Assembly (NCBI GenBank): GCA_015232855.1
Contig: JADFYW010000005.1
Coordinates: 19,926-83,925, forward strand
Direction of reading: 5' to 3'
Length of the DNA: 64,000 nucleotides
Source of the DNA: Fibrobacteria bacterium
GTDB taxonomy: Bacteria; Fibrobacterota; Fibrobacteria; UBA11236; JADFYW01
Below are positions 34,244-43,954 of this stretch, piece after piece; the first letter of the stretch is position 1; every line of letters starts with the position of its first letter. Made by a program: the position numbers and the translations under genes. The notes beneath the pieces are model-generated. The model saw only the letters and a list, made by a program, of their open reading frames with translations, was not told the DNA's origin and ran no database searches.

Positions 34244-34431
34244 TTGAGAACAACTGTGCAAAAGTTCTGTTTAAATCGACCAGGTTCGTCCCTGGCGTAT
34301 ATTTTTTCAGAAGCCCAAAATGTTTAACTAAGGTGGTGGGATGAAACAGGCTAAGACAACTACTGGAATGACCGGAAAGTTAGTGAAGGATAAAATGGTA
34401 TTTCTACACAATGATGTAGAGGCAATATCAA

Positions 34432-35805
34432 CTAAAAATATGCTACAATTTTCGCCATCATTGAATGGTAAATTGATCCAAATTCGGTTTTTTTCCTATC
34501 TCCTGCGGCAATTGATACCCTAAAATCAAGACTTACGCCATCACTGAAATAGTATTCTGCCGTAGGCATAATAATAGCTGAATAATCACTTAGGTTAGAA
34601 AGCACAAAGACTGTGGCATCCACTTTGTCCCAAAAATTATCACGAACGCCGAGCATCAGGTAATTTTCTCCCAAACCAGCCATATCGCCCATGTACTGTA
34701 AAAAGATATCTGTAGGAGCATATCGGTCCGGGTTAGAATGTCCCAGAGAATTGAAATAATATTCGCCCATAACATATATTCCACTTTCAAATGTGTAATC
34801 AAGCCCCGCATCTACCTGAAAATACGTGGAATCAATTTCAAAATTATCCATATCATCATTTTTATGGTTGATAGCCACAGCCTCTGCCCACACGCCGACT
34901 TCACCAATTTGACCCGCCATATCAACTCCAAAGATATTCCTGGCAGGTAAACCCAATATTACTCTGTCAGCATTCATAAAGCGTGAAGCTGAAACAGAAG
35001 CATCATACCCCAGCATATTTGTTTTCACCCTGACACCCACGCTGGAATGTTTGAGGTCTGCCCCAGGTACCCCTATAAGATTGATATTACTGAGTTCACC
35101 AAAAGGCATTTCTATCCGCAAAGCATTCACACCCAGTTTTGGAGCACTTACATCCAGTGGGTTTTTCTGGTTCCAAATATCAGTGGGATTAAAGGCATAC
35201 CCTGTCCCCCAGGCTATCTGTTGTCTGCCAACATACACATCTGCATGCTTAAAAAAGAGTTTAATGAGCAACCGATCCAGCATAATGGTTTCTTTAGGAT
35301 AGAACGAAGTATAGGGTAAATAGCGAATAGTCCGGTCATCCAGCATAAACATAAGCTCCGAAAACCCATCCATAGCACCGGCGTTAGACGAATCCGTCAT
35401 CATTGCAGATAAAGTAGTATCATTCTGTACACCAGCAAGCATATTCTCAAACATCCCATCAAACAAGCTCATCATTTTAGAACCTTTTCGCATTCCCAGT
35501 ATTGGATCAATAGGCTGGTAGGCTGTAGAGAATATTACATGGGACTCAAAAGAGTAAAAATCTGTCCCGGCACTGGCTTCTACCCGTAATTTTGCAACAT
35601 CAGAGAAATACCCCGTATCAGCAAAAGTAAACATAGTCTCATTCTCACCATACCCACCAATTTCAAGTTTTTGGGCATCCGATAAACTTATGCTAAAAAG
35701 AACAATCATTATAGCAAAAACCATCGTTATACACCCATCTCTTCGAGTAGTCCACTGAAGTAGGACGTATCGAACAGTCATTAGAGGAGTCAGTATCACT
35801 TTCAT
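34432..35805 (-). CDS. putative outer-membrane beta-barrel protein (DUF1302-like)
   Basis: GAGGG SD lies 5 nt before ATG 35805. A hydrophobic signal-like segment MVFAIMIVLFSISLSDAQ. Alternating strands, the GRQQIAWGTGYAFNPTD motif and a terminal ...AKIVAYF. Confidence 0.6.
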   Translation of the reverse strand: MKVILTPLMTVRYVLLQWTTRRDGCITMVFAIMIVLFSISLSDAQKLEIGGYGENETMFTFADTGYFSDVAKLRVEASAGTDFYSFESHVIFSTAYQPIDPILGMRKGSKMMSLFDGMFENMLAGVQNDTTLSAMMTDSSNAGAMDGFSELMFMLDDRTIRYLPYTSFYPKETIMLDRLLIKLFFKHADVYVGRQQIAWGTGYAFNPTDIWNQKNPLDVSAPKLGVNALRIEMPFGELSNINLIGVPGADLKHSSVGVRVKTNMLGYDASVSASRFMNADRVILGLPARNIFGVDMAGQIGEVGVWAEAVAINHKNDDMDNFEIDSTYFQVDAGLDYTFESGIYVMGEYYFNSLGHSNPDRYAPTDIFLQYMGDMAGLGENYLMLGVRDNFWDKVDATVFVLSNLSDYSAIIMPTAEYYFSDGVSLDFRVSIAAGDRKKTEFGSIYHSMMAKIVAYF

Positions 35806-35812
35806 ATTTCCC

Positions 35813-36550
35813 TCATCGTTTCAAGTTCCGCTCAGAAAAGATATTGTCTTTAAGAGGCAGGTCATACTCAATTTTATCCATGGTCATGAGGGTACGAGAC
35901 CCCTTCTGAACGTTTTTCATTTCTATTGATTTAGGGGTCCAATAGTTTCCAACTTTAGAAACATCACTCATTTTTAACACTTTCCAAAGCTTTTTATCCT
36001 CATCATACATTTCACTCTTCACTAATACATAGTTTGATTTATCAATCCAGGAAATAGATTTCGAATAAGTCTTATCTTCATCTTTGGCAGTCATCAATAA
36101 TTTGAAACACTTCTTACCTTCAAGTTCTTCTTCACCAAGTAATTGGGGGTTATAATCTTTACGCATATCTTTAGCAGACATATCATCATAAGAAAAATCA
36201 GAGCCATTCACCGACTGGTTCTTCTGGTGACTGGCTATTTTCCGAACACGGGAGGTACGGGGCGAATAGAGCCAGATATCATCACCATCATTTAACATGA
36301 GGATTTTCATACCTTTGATTCGGGCGGGTTTAAGGTACTCCATTAATCCTTTATCACCTTTATCCTTTGAATAACTTAGCAAGTTAGACTTCCGTTCTTC
36401 CCCACTAGCAGTATAAACAATCTGGGTCATTTCAATTTTTGCTGACTTCGCCTCTTCATTGGCCTCGACTTTATCAAGTATTTCATCAACCGTTTGGGCC
36501 AAAGAAAATGAAACAAGAAACAATAATGTGGTTAATAGTACCTTTTTCAT
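35813..36550 (-). CDS. LolA-like (outer-membrane lipoprotein-sorting-type fold) secreted protein
   Basis: Signal MKKVLLTTLLFLVSFSLAQ. Motifs DDIWLYSPRTSRVRKI, GSDFSYDDMS, WIDKSNYVLVK and IFSERNLKR. The ATG overlaps the MMPL stop (ATGA). Confidence 0.7.
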   Translation of the reverse strand: MKKVLLTTLLFLVSFSLAQTVDEILDKVEANEEAKSAKIEMTQIVYTASGEERKSNLLSYSKDKGDKGLMEYLKPARIKGMKILMLNDGDDIWLYSPRTSRVRKIASHQKNQSVNGSDFSYDDMSAKDMRKDYNPQLLGEEELEGKKCFKLLMTAKDEDKTYSKSISWIDKSNYVLVKSEMYDEDKKLWKVLKMSDVSKVGNYWTPKSIEMKNVQKGSRTLMTMDKIEYDLPLKDNIFSERNLKR

Positions 36551-39450
36551 TTTTTACTCCTTTTGCTGAAGATGTTATCAAAAATGGTTATGATTGAAGG
36601 AAGAACATAAGCAGAACTAAGAAAGCAGGAACCGACTCCCAACACCAGTACCTGGCCCATACTGGCAATACCTCGATGAGATGCTAATCCCATTGAGCCA
36701 AAACCAATAATAGTCGTAAGAGTGGTGAGTAAAATTGCTCTCCCCGTATACCGAAGAACCGTGGGAATTGCAAATTTACCCTCCAGTTTGTAGCGATGTA
36801 ATATATGCACACCATCATCAATACCTATGCCTATAATAAGAGGTAAAGCCATAAAATTTGAGTAGTTAAATTTTATTCCAAAAAGGGCCATAAACCCCAC
36901 CATCCACATCGCACCAACAAAAAGAGGGATAGCAGCAAACATTGTGTATTTCAATGAATGAAAATCTAAGAGTAAAAATATCAGTATCGCAATAGCTCCC
37001 ATAAGAATGGCCATGCCGCCCTTTTCTTTAACCAAATCAATAAAAAGTAAAGTAATAGCAGGTGAACCCGTAATTTTTTCAGATATTTTTACGGTGGTTT
37101 CATGAAACTTACGCAGATTCGTTTCTTCCCAAATATTCGATTTGGGATACACCGTCACCAAAAGTTTATCATTTTTTTTATTCACATAGCGATTACGGAT
37201 ATCATCAGAAAGGTTGTCCAGGGTAATATTTTCTTCTGAAGTCATGGTCATAAGTTTGTTTTTTAAAACAGAGGCCATAACCGTTTGATATAGAGCAAGT
37301 TTTTCTGGATTATCATTAATCACTTCAAGCTTATTTACCATTGCCAGAATTTTACTGTCTTCATCCTTCTTACCGACTATATTATCACATTTACGTAATA
37401 CCTTGTTGTTTTCTCCATTACTGGTAATTGAAAGTTCTCCGATTTCCACAATATTCTGGTGCAACCGGACCAGTTCACTTTTCAATTTAGCGAGATCATT
37501 GTTATTAAATAGCTTTGGAATACTCATCATCTCAAGCTGTTGCTTAAAATCATTTATAATCGTTTTATTCTTTTCCTGTTTTTTTGTTTCAGGAATAAAC
37601 TCGGTAATACCGTCTACCCTGCCAATAATACCTGTTCTGTTACCCGCCTTCTTGAGCTTCCGTACCTTGTCACGACAATCATCTTCATTTTCGGTGACTA
37701 ACATGGCGTAATCAGGAGAGATCTCAAACCGATCCAATATTTTATCCTGTACTATTTTAGATGGAATGCCAATTGGTTCAAGTTCCATCATATCATATTC
37801 GAACTCAATGTGACTACCAGCCTTCCAGGACATATAAACCGTAACAACACTGATAACGACAATTAATATCGCTACCGGTGTCCGGGATATTATTCTGCCA
37901 GACGCTTCAAGGAACCTGAATTGAAATAATGCGGTGACCCAGGTAAACACCGGTAACCCAAAGAAGGCGTACACAAGCTCAATAATTTTCACATAGATGT
38001 TAACCAGAAACCCAAGGCCAATTTTACGTAACAGTCTCCCGGTAACAGAATACCCCTTACTATCCCAGACAATAAGCGCAGGAAGTAAAATCATCATGGC
38101 CAACATGGTAACGATAACACCCACCCCAATTGCAATTCCCATCTCAGACAATGCTTTAAATCGTGTTAAGGCAAGAGTAAAGAAGACAATGGACGTAGTG
38201 AGACCACCTGTTACTAATCCATTTCCTACCTTCTGGTACATCTGAAAAATAGCATCTTCTACGTTAAGCCCTTCTTCTCTTCCATCACGAAAACCAGAAA
38301 TCACATGTATACCAAAATCAATTCCCAGTCCTATGAGGACTATGCCAAACGATGCAGACATCAGGTTAAGGTAATGGAGTATGATACCTAACATCCCAGC
38401 TACCCAAATAATAGAAACCACCAATACCGTAACTGAAAAGAAAGGGTTCTTCCAGGTTCGAAAAGATCCGATTAGTAAAACGAGAATAAATAATAGTGCA
38501 AAGAGACTGGGCCATCCAAAATCTTTTTTAAGTGCTTCGGTTTCGTCAATCTGGAGTATAAGCAAGCCAGATGCGCCTATATCAAGTTCTGGATACAACG
38601 AACGAATGTGTTCGAGAGAATCAACCACTTTGTAACCAAGATCCATCGCATCTTCAAATTCATTAAAACTGACTGAAGGCTGCAACATAAGAAGCAACAG
38701 AGTATTATCAGAAGAAATAAAATACTCCGGCCCTGTCACAAACGTCCGTACGGCTTCTGCAACGTTAGAGGTATCACCTTCATCAATGAATGTACCAATG
38801 CTGGTTACAAATTTGTACATCCCTTCAAGACCTTGAATAGCCTCGGCCTCTCCATCAAGGGAAGCGAGGTTTTCAGCGTCATCTACAAATTCCTTTTCGA
38901 AATTATTATTGATATTTTCTATAAGATCCGGTAATGCCAGAGAACCAAACATATCAACAAAATTTACCAGGTCCTTTGGCTTTTGCATCATCATACCATG
39001 TTCTGCAATAAAATCATTATCAATTCTATAATCAATGCGTTTGACCAGAGGAAGCGTATCATACCTAACTCCGGCTACAGGATGTTCTTTAAACATCAAA
39101 TCGATATTTTGTTTGAAACTGAGTTTCTGGTCTTCCGCCGGTTTAACCCGACTGATATTCTTAAGTCGCCCTGCAATTTCTTCAGCAGATTTTTTCATCA
39201 GGGCAACATTTTTTTCTTTACTCTCTACAGCAATCATAACCGTATTTGCAGAAGAGTAGTCTTCAATAATACGCTCAAACTCTTCTATTTGAGGTATGTT
39301 TTTGGGCATCATATCAGAATAAGATGTCTTCATAGTTAACCTGCCTGAGGCAACTATCATGGCAATAGTAAAAAGAGCGCATACGGTCAGTACTGTTTTG
39401 TTACGCTTTGTAATTACATAAGCCAGCCATTTGTAAATTTTCGATCTCAT
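36547..39450 (-). CDS. MMPL/RND-superfamily membrane transporter (two 6-TM bundles with large loop domains)
   Basis: 967 aa. One N-terminal TM, a large soluble region, a 5-6-TM block (SLFALLFILVLLIGSF...), a second large soluble region and a second TM block (MAILMGAIAILIFLLL...GIGIDDGVHILHRY). Confidence 0.85.
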   Translation of the reverse strand: MRSKIYKWLAYVITKRNKTVLTVCALFTIAMIVASGRLTMKTSYSDMMPKNIPQIEEFERIIEDYSSANTVMIAVESKEKNVALMKKSAEEIAGRLKNISRVKPAEDQKLSFKQNIDLMFKEHPVAGVRYDTLPLVKRIDYRIDNDFIAEHGMMMQKPKDLVNFVDMFGSLALPDLIENINNNFEKEFVDDAENLASLDGEAEAIQGLEGMYKFVTSIGTFIDEGDTSNVAEAVRTFVTGPEYFISSDNTLLLLMLQPSVSFNEFEDAMDLGYKVVDSLEHIRSLYPELDIGASGLLILQIDETEALKKDFGWPSLFALLFILVLLIGSFRTWKNPFFSVTVLVVSIIWVAGMLGIILHYLNLMSASFGIVLIGLGIDFGIHVISGFRDGREEGLNVEDAIFQMYQKVGNGLVTGGLTTSIVFFTLALTRFKALSEMGIAIGVGVIVTMLAMMILLPALIVWDSKGYSVTGRLLRKIGLGFLVNIYVKIIELVYAFFGLPVFTWVTALFQFRFLEASGRIISRTPVAILIVVISVVTVYMSWKAGSHIEFEYDMMELEPIGIPSKIVQDKILDRFEISPDYAMLVTENEDDCRDKVRKLKKAGNRTGIIGRVDGITEFIPETKKQEKNKTIINDFKQQLEMMSIPKLFNNNDLAKLKSELVRLHQNIVEIGELSITSNGENNKVLRKCDNIVGKKDEDSKILAMVNKLEVINDNPEKLALYQTVMASVLKNKLMTMTSEENITLDNLSDDIRNRYVNKKNDKLLVTVYPKSNIWEETNLRKFHETTVKISEKITGSPAITLLFIDLVKEKGGMAILMGAIAILIFLLLDFHSLKYTMFAAIPLFVGAMWMVGFMALFGIKFNYSNFMALPLIIGIGIDDGVHILHRYKLEGKFAIPTVLRYTGRAILLTTLTTIIGFGSMGLASHRGIASMGQVLVLGVGSCFLSSAYVLPSIITIFDNIFSKRSKK

Positions 39451-39451
39451 G

Positions 39452-40039
39452 CTATCCTTCCTTTTTACAGTATTTGTTAATAAGCTGTTGTTTAATGGCT
39501 TCCATCGGATACCTCTCCCCCGCGTACGAATACATCATGCTGGAAGCATCCATGGAAGATGCCAACAAATACGCCTCTATTTTAGGATTAGGTATATTGT
39601 TGTTTTTTAACATGACTTCCATCTGCGCAATATACCCCTCCATAAAATTCAATAGTTTTTCATTTATTTTTTTTGGCATTTTCGGGTGCAAAATCATGGA
39701 CCAGTAAAACCGCATATAAGCAGCTTCTTTAATTGAATCATCAAAATACAGCTCTATGAGTTTCTGAAGTTTTTTACCAGGATCCTTTATCTTCTCCATT
39801 TCAACAAGCCCTACTGAAAACTCTCCAGCTTTATCAAAAATGACTGCTTCTAATAAATCATCTTTACTTTTGAAATAATTGTAAATGAGTCCTTTAGAAA
39901 TTTTCGCCTTTTTAGCGATTTTATCAATGGACGTGGTATGGTACCCGTTCACTGCAAATAGTTCAATAGCAGCATCCATAATGGACCGCCTGCTTTTTTC
40001 CCGTACTTTTTTCAGTTGTTTTTCTGTTCTTGGATTCAT
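39452..40039 (-). CDS. TetR/AcrR family transcriptional regulator
   Basis: HTH segment SIMDAAIELFAVNGYHTTSIDKIAKKAKISKGLIYNYFKSKDDLL. The stop is 1 nt before the MMPL start. The start is either ATG 40039 (GAAAGG upstream) or ATG 40072 (possibly leaderless). Confidence 0.9.
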   Translation of the reverse strand: MNPRTEKQLKKVREKSRRSIMDAAIELFAVNGYHTTSIDKIAKKAKISKGLIYNYFKSKDDLLEAVIFDKAGEFSVGLVEMEKIKDPGKKLQKLIELYFDDSIKEAAYMRFYWSMILHPKMPKKINEKLLNFMEGYIAQMEVMLKNNNIPNPKIEAYLLASSMDASSMMYSYAGERYPMEAIKQQLINKYCKKEG

Positions 40040-40077
40040 AAGCCCTTTCTTTAGTATTGACCGACCAGTCATTCATA

Positions 40078-40106
40078 AATATATCACCTTTTGTAAAAAG
40101 AGTCAA
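40078..40106 (-). promoter_or_regulatory. candidate sigma-70 promoter of the TetR-MMPL operon
   Basis: The minus strand reads TTGACT-17 nt-TATATT. The spacer CTTTTTACAAAAGGTGA contains the small inverted repeat CTTTT-N3-AAAAG. Confidence 0.45.
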
Positions 40107-40495
40107 GTACAATTTTTCATTCTCTTTATAGCATTACCAATTCTGAGTAAAAGCTCTGCACTTTCCTCTACCAGTGGCACATCAAATACACCTTCTTTTA
40201 AGCCTTGCCTGATAAGCCAGTAATAGCGTTTATCTATCAATTTCATCGAAACAAACGATTAGATCTTTAGGCATTCCTAATTTATTATTGAAAGAGCAAA
40301 ACAGAAGGAAATACAAAATAATGAAACAGTTAACAGTTCAATATGAAACAAGGAATAATTTTTGAAACAAACCGCACATCAAAAATGTCTAAAAATCAAA
40401 AGAAAGGACATGGCATGCTATTTGCGAAAGATTAAGAACTAATAAGTGGAGTACAATATTACCACTTTCATTTAAAAAAAGAAGTGAGGCCCAGG

Positions 40496-41335
40496 ATGGT
40501 AACAATTAATGACGATTTCAACTTGTACCATAAGTACATCAGAGAAGTAAAAAGGTATTCTCTTCTCACCAAAAAAGAAGAAGAAGTAATTATTAGCCAG
40601 GTTAAAACAGGTAATAAAAAAGCTTTTAACCGCCTTATTACCGCTAATCTAAAGTTCGTTATCAAAATTGCCTGGATGTACCGGGGACAGGGCCTCACTA
40701 TCTCTGATCTCATAAACGAAGGCAATATCGGATTAATACAAGCAGCAAAACGTTACGACAGTTCTAAGCAGGTACGTTTTACGTCCTATGCCGTTTGGTG
40801 GATTCGCCAGGCTATACTTCAGGCAGTTTACGAAAAATCAAGAATTGTCCGTATTTCTGCAGCAAAAGAAATGGAGCTGAGGCGCTTGAAAAAACAGGGG
40901 ATAATTCGGAAGTTCCAAATGGAAGGCAAAAACATGTTTGACTCAAAAAACCACGGTAAAGAAGCCGGAGTTACGGGTGACCGGGTTGAAAAAATAATTC
41001 AAGCTGATATCCCTCATGTAAGCCTGGATGCCCCTTTTGGTCCTGACTCAAAAGAAACCATGCTTGAAAACATGAGTTCAAGTTCTTATGACGATCCCGA
41101 TGAACTTGTTGAAACCGGATCACTCAGCAATTTAATATCAAAGCATATTAAAATATTAAAACCTATAGAGAAAAAAGTCATAACATTCTATTTCGGATTA
41201 AACTCCAACAAAATAATGAATTTGAGGGAAATAGGTGATATATTCGGCTTATCCAAAGAACGTATACGGCAAATCAAATCTGAAGCTTTGAACAAACTTA
41301 AGAACCTGGAGCTTGAGCAAGCTTATGCGTTTTGA
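40496..41335 (+). CDS. RNA polymerase sigma-70 family factor (RpoD/RpoS-like regions 1.2-4.2, no region 1.1)
   Basis: Motifs LITANLKFVIKIAWMYRGQGLTISDLINEGNIGLIQAAKRYD, YAVWWIRQAI and the region 4.2 segment LREIGDIFGLSKERIRQIKSEAL. ATG 40496 is preceded by GTGAGG. Confidence 0.85.
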   Translation: MVTINDDFNLYHKYIREVKRYSLLTKKEEEVIISQVKTGNKKAFNRLITANLKFVIKIAWMYRGQGLTISDLINEGNIGLIQAAKRYDSSKQVRFTSYAVWWIRQAILQAVYEKSRIVRISAAKEMELRRLKKQGIIRKFQMEGKNMFDSKNHGKEAGVTGDRVEKIIQADIPHVSLDAPFGPDSKETMLENMSSSSYDDPDELVETGSLSNLISKHIKILKPIEKKVITFYFGLNSNKIMNLREIGDIFGLSKERIRQIKSEALNKLKNLELEQAYAF

Positions 41336-41421
41336 GTTCTTAATTCATCAGCTGGCAGTTATTAGGAACAACTCACCCGTAATAGAGTAACTGATAACGA
41401 GCCTCGGATTTGTTATATTTT

Positions 41422-42015
41422 TTATAACAACATCGTATGTTCTTCATATTTCTTAAAGAGATGTAGAACATTGCGGATGATTGCTATTGCCAATAATGCA
41501 AGGACGGTGTGCATAATAAATCGGGAAATAAAATTACTTCTGAATGTGTCTTTAAAAACAGAGATAAGCTCTGTATTAACATTAATTTCTTTTAAATACC
41601 AATCTGTTGTTTTTTCCGTTCCCAGTTTAATATTTTGTAAATAAATAAGATTCTTCTTCTCCCCTCTTTCACGACAGCTAAACAATATTTCTCCATTTAC
41701 CGGTGTCCGGAATTTAAATACGGTCTCAGCTTCATTTCGTATGGCGTTTCTCGTAGCGATCTCACGACCTTCTTTTGTTTTTGTTATCACAAAACAATCA
41801 AGATGGGAACGGAGATAACTTTTCACTTTCAGTTGACGAGGATTTTGTATCACGGAATCAACAATGATAAATTCCCGATATACTAATGTTACCAGAATCA
41901 GCCCGGAAACTACCAGAATGCACAGATTCAAAAGAAGCCTGACCGACCTATCCAGTCTTTTGTCAAAAAACAGGATAATGTTCACTATGATGCTAAAAAC
42001 CAGTAGAAAATACAC
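41422..42015 (-). CDS. hypothetical membrane protein
   Basis: GTG start. Two N-terminal TM helices and one C-terminal TM helix. No family recognised. Confidence 0.4.
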   Translation of the reverse strand: MYFLLVFSIIVNIILFFDKRLDRSVRLLLNLCILVVSGLILVTLVYREFIIVDSVIQNPRQLKVKSYLRSHLDCFVITKTKEGREIATRNAIRNEAETVFKFRTPVNGEILFSCRERGEKKNLIYLQNIKLGTEKTTDWYLKEINVNTELISVFKDTFRSNFISRFIMHTVLALLAIAIIRNVLHLFKKYEEHTMLL

Positions 42016-42255
42016 TTACGCCTCCCCGTTTTGAGCCATGTTTAGACATATGCCTATATAAAATAAATATTACGCTATAAACAGAGGCGCGTCAGGTAAA
42101 ATTTGCTACATTTCCCCCTCTTTGTAAATAAGCTGCTGCTTTGGATTTGCCTATGGGAAAAATTAAAAAATTCTGTCATTACCTGCATTTCAACAGGGGT
42201 CATGATATTCTGGTTCATATGGTCATAGCGAAGTAAACATAAACAGGATAAGAAT

Positions 42256-43914
42256 ATGGAAAATGGCCCTATAATTGTACAAGGTGACATGACTATTTTG
42301 GTGGAAGTTTCCCACTCTCTCTATGCAGAAGTGCGTGACCAGATTTCTCCTTTTACCGAACTCGTCAAAAGCCCCGAGCACATGCATACTTATGTAATTT
42401 CTCCACTATCCCTGTGGAATGCAGCTTCTGCAGGACATAAGACCCAAAAAATTATTGACGTCTTAAGGAAGTATTCCCGGTATGAACTTCCCTTTAACTT
42501 AGTGACCGAAGTTCAGACCCTTATGGACAGGTATGGAAAAATCCGTCTGGTTAAGGAGAATAATGAGATTATCCTTGAAACCGATGACTCATTTTTAATG
42601 AGCGGAATTCTCAACAACCGTAATACGAAGCCCTATCTGGGTAAAAAGCTATCTGACACCCGTGTACTTCTGCAACCTATGAGCAGAGGGCATCTTAAAA
42701 TGGAACTTACCAGGATTGGTTTCCCGGCTGAAGACCTCGCAGGCTATGCTGAAGGCGATAAACTCACCTTTTCAATAAGGGATATCACCCTGGGGAATAA
42801 ACCTCTTAAACTACGACATTATCAAAAAGATTCATCCCAGGTATTTTTTGCCGGAGGTTCTGAGAAAGGTGGTTCAGGTATAATCGTTCTCCCCTGTGGT
42901 TCGGGTAAAACGGTTGTGGGTATGGCTGCTATGGAAAAGTGCCAGTGTCAAACCCTTATTCTTACAACCAATGTGGTCGCAACACGACAATGGGTACAGG
43001 AACTCCTGGATAAAACAACCCTGGAATCAGACCAGGTTGGAGAATATAATGGCTCAAATAAGTCTATCCGACCCGTTACCGTTGCAACCTATCAGATTCT
43101 CACTTACCGAAAACGAAAGACTCAGGAATATCCGCATTTTGATTTATTCCAAAAGAACAAATGGGGACTCATTATTTATGATGAAGTCCATTTATTACCC
43201 GCCCCCATCTTCAGACTTTGCGCAGATGTACAGGCTACCCGGCGTCTGGGGTTAACGGCAACCCTTATCAGAGAAGATGGGAAAGAGACAGATGTATTCT
43301 CTCTTATCGGTCCCAAAAAATTCGATATTCCCTGGAAAATCCTTGAGACCCAAGGTTGGATCGCTAAAGCAGACTGCACTGAAATTCGCGTTTCTTTGGC
43401 TTCTTCAGAGAAAATCACCTATGCCATGTCTGAACCCAGAACCCAAATCACTATAGCTGCATCAAATTCCCTCAAAAATAAACTGGTGAAAGAATTGCTG
43501 ATTACCCACAAAAAAGACCAGATTCTTATCATAGGCCAGTATATTGCTCAGCTCGAAAAACTCGCAAAAGAAATATCAGTCCCCCTTATAACCGGGTCCA
43601 CCCCAAACAATGAAAGGGTAAAACTCTATAAATCTTTTAGAGAAGGGGATATGAACATTCTCATGGTCAGCAAGGTTGGAAACTTTGCCATTGACCTTCC
43701 TGATGCCAATGTCCTCATCCAAATATCCGGAACCTTTGGCAGTCGACAAGAAGAAGCACAACGACTTGGACGGCTACTGCGCCCCAAACCAAATGAAAAT
43801 ACCGCACATTTTTATTCAATAGTCACGAAAGAAACCAAGGAACAAGTCTTTGCTATGAACCGGCAACTATTTCTCACCGAGCAAGGATATAACTATACTA
43901 TTAAAGAATGGTAA
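42256..43914 (+). CDS. XPB/ERCC3/Rad25-type SF2 DNA helicase
   Basis: Walker A motif LPCGSGKT, motif II YDEVHLL, LGLTATLIREDGKE (the XPB RED motif), and the C-terminal helicase lobe GSRQEEAQRLGRLLR. Confidence 0.85.
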   Translation: MENGPIIVQGDMTILVEVSHSLYAEVRDQISPFTELVKSPEHMHTYVISPLSLWNAASAGHKTQKIIDVLRKYSRYELPFNLVTEVQTLMDRYGKIRLVKENNEIILETDDSFLMSGILNNRNTKPYLGKKLSDTRVLLQPMSRGHLKMELTRIGFPAEDLAGYAEGDKLTFSIRDITLGNKPLKLRHYQKDSSQVFFAGGSEKGGSGIIVLPCGSGKTVVGMAAMEKCQCQTLILTTNVVATRQWVQELLDKTTLESDQVGEYNGSNKSIRPVTVATYQILTYRKRKTQEYPHFDLFQKNKWGLIIYDEVHLLPAPIFRLCADVQATRRLGLTATLIREDGKETDVFSLIGPKKFDIPWKILETQGWIAKADCTEIRVSLASSEKITYAMSEPRTQITIAASNSLKNKLVKELLITHKKDQILIIGQYIAQLEKLAKEISVPLITGSTPNNERVKLYKSFREGDMNILMVSKVGNFAIDLPDANVLIQISGTFGSRQEEAQRLGRLLRPKPNENTAHFYSIVTKETKEQVFAMNRQLFLTEQGYNYTIKEW

Positions 43915-43954
43915 TCACCATTATATGAGTCATGGAGACACGGAGAGATAATTA

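Noticed and set aside
34280-34307. GGTTCGTCCCTGG, a tRNA T-arm look-alike followed by TTTTTT.
   Set aside because: The loop is 6 nt, not the 7-nt TTCRANN form. No acceptor, D or anticodon arms can be drawn from the upstream sequence. As a plus-strand terminator the stem is only 5-6 bp and there is no upstream plus-strand gene.
40103-40246. 47-aa minus-strand ORF (MKLIDKRYYWLIRQGLKEGVFDVPLVEESAELLLRIGNAIKRMKNCT) upstream of the TetR gene.
   Set aside because: It has no SD and its 3' end overlaps the predicted promoter -35 element. It is too short and featureless to support, though it could be a remnant of another regulator's C-terminus.
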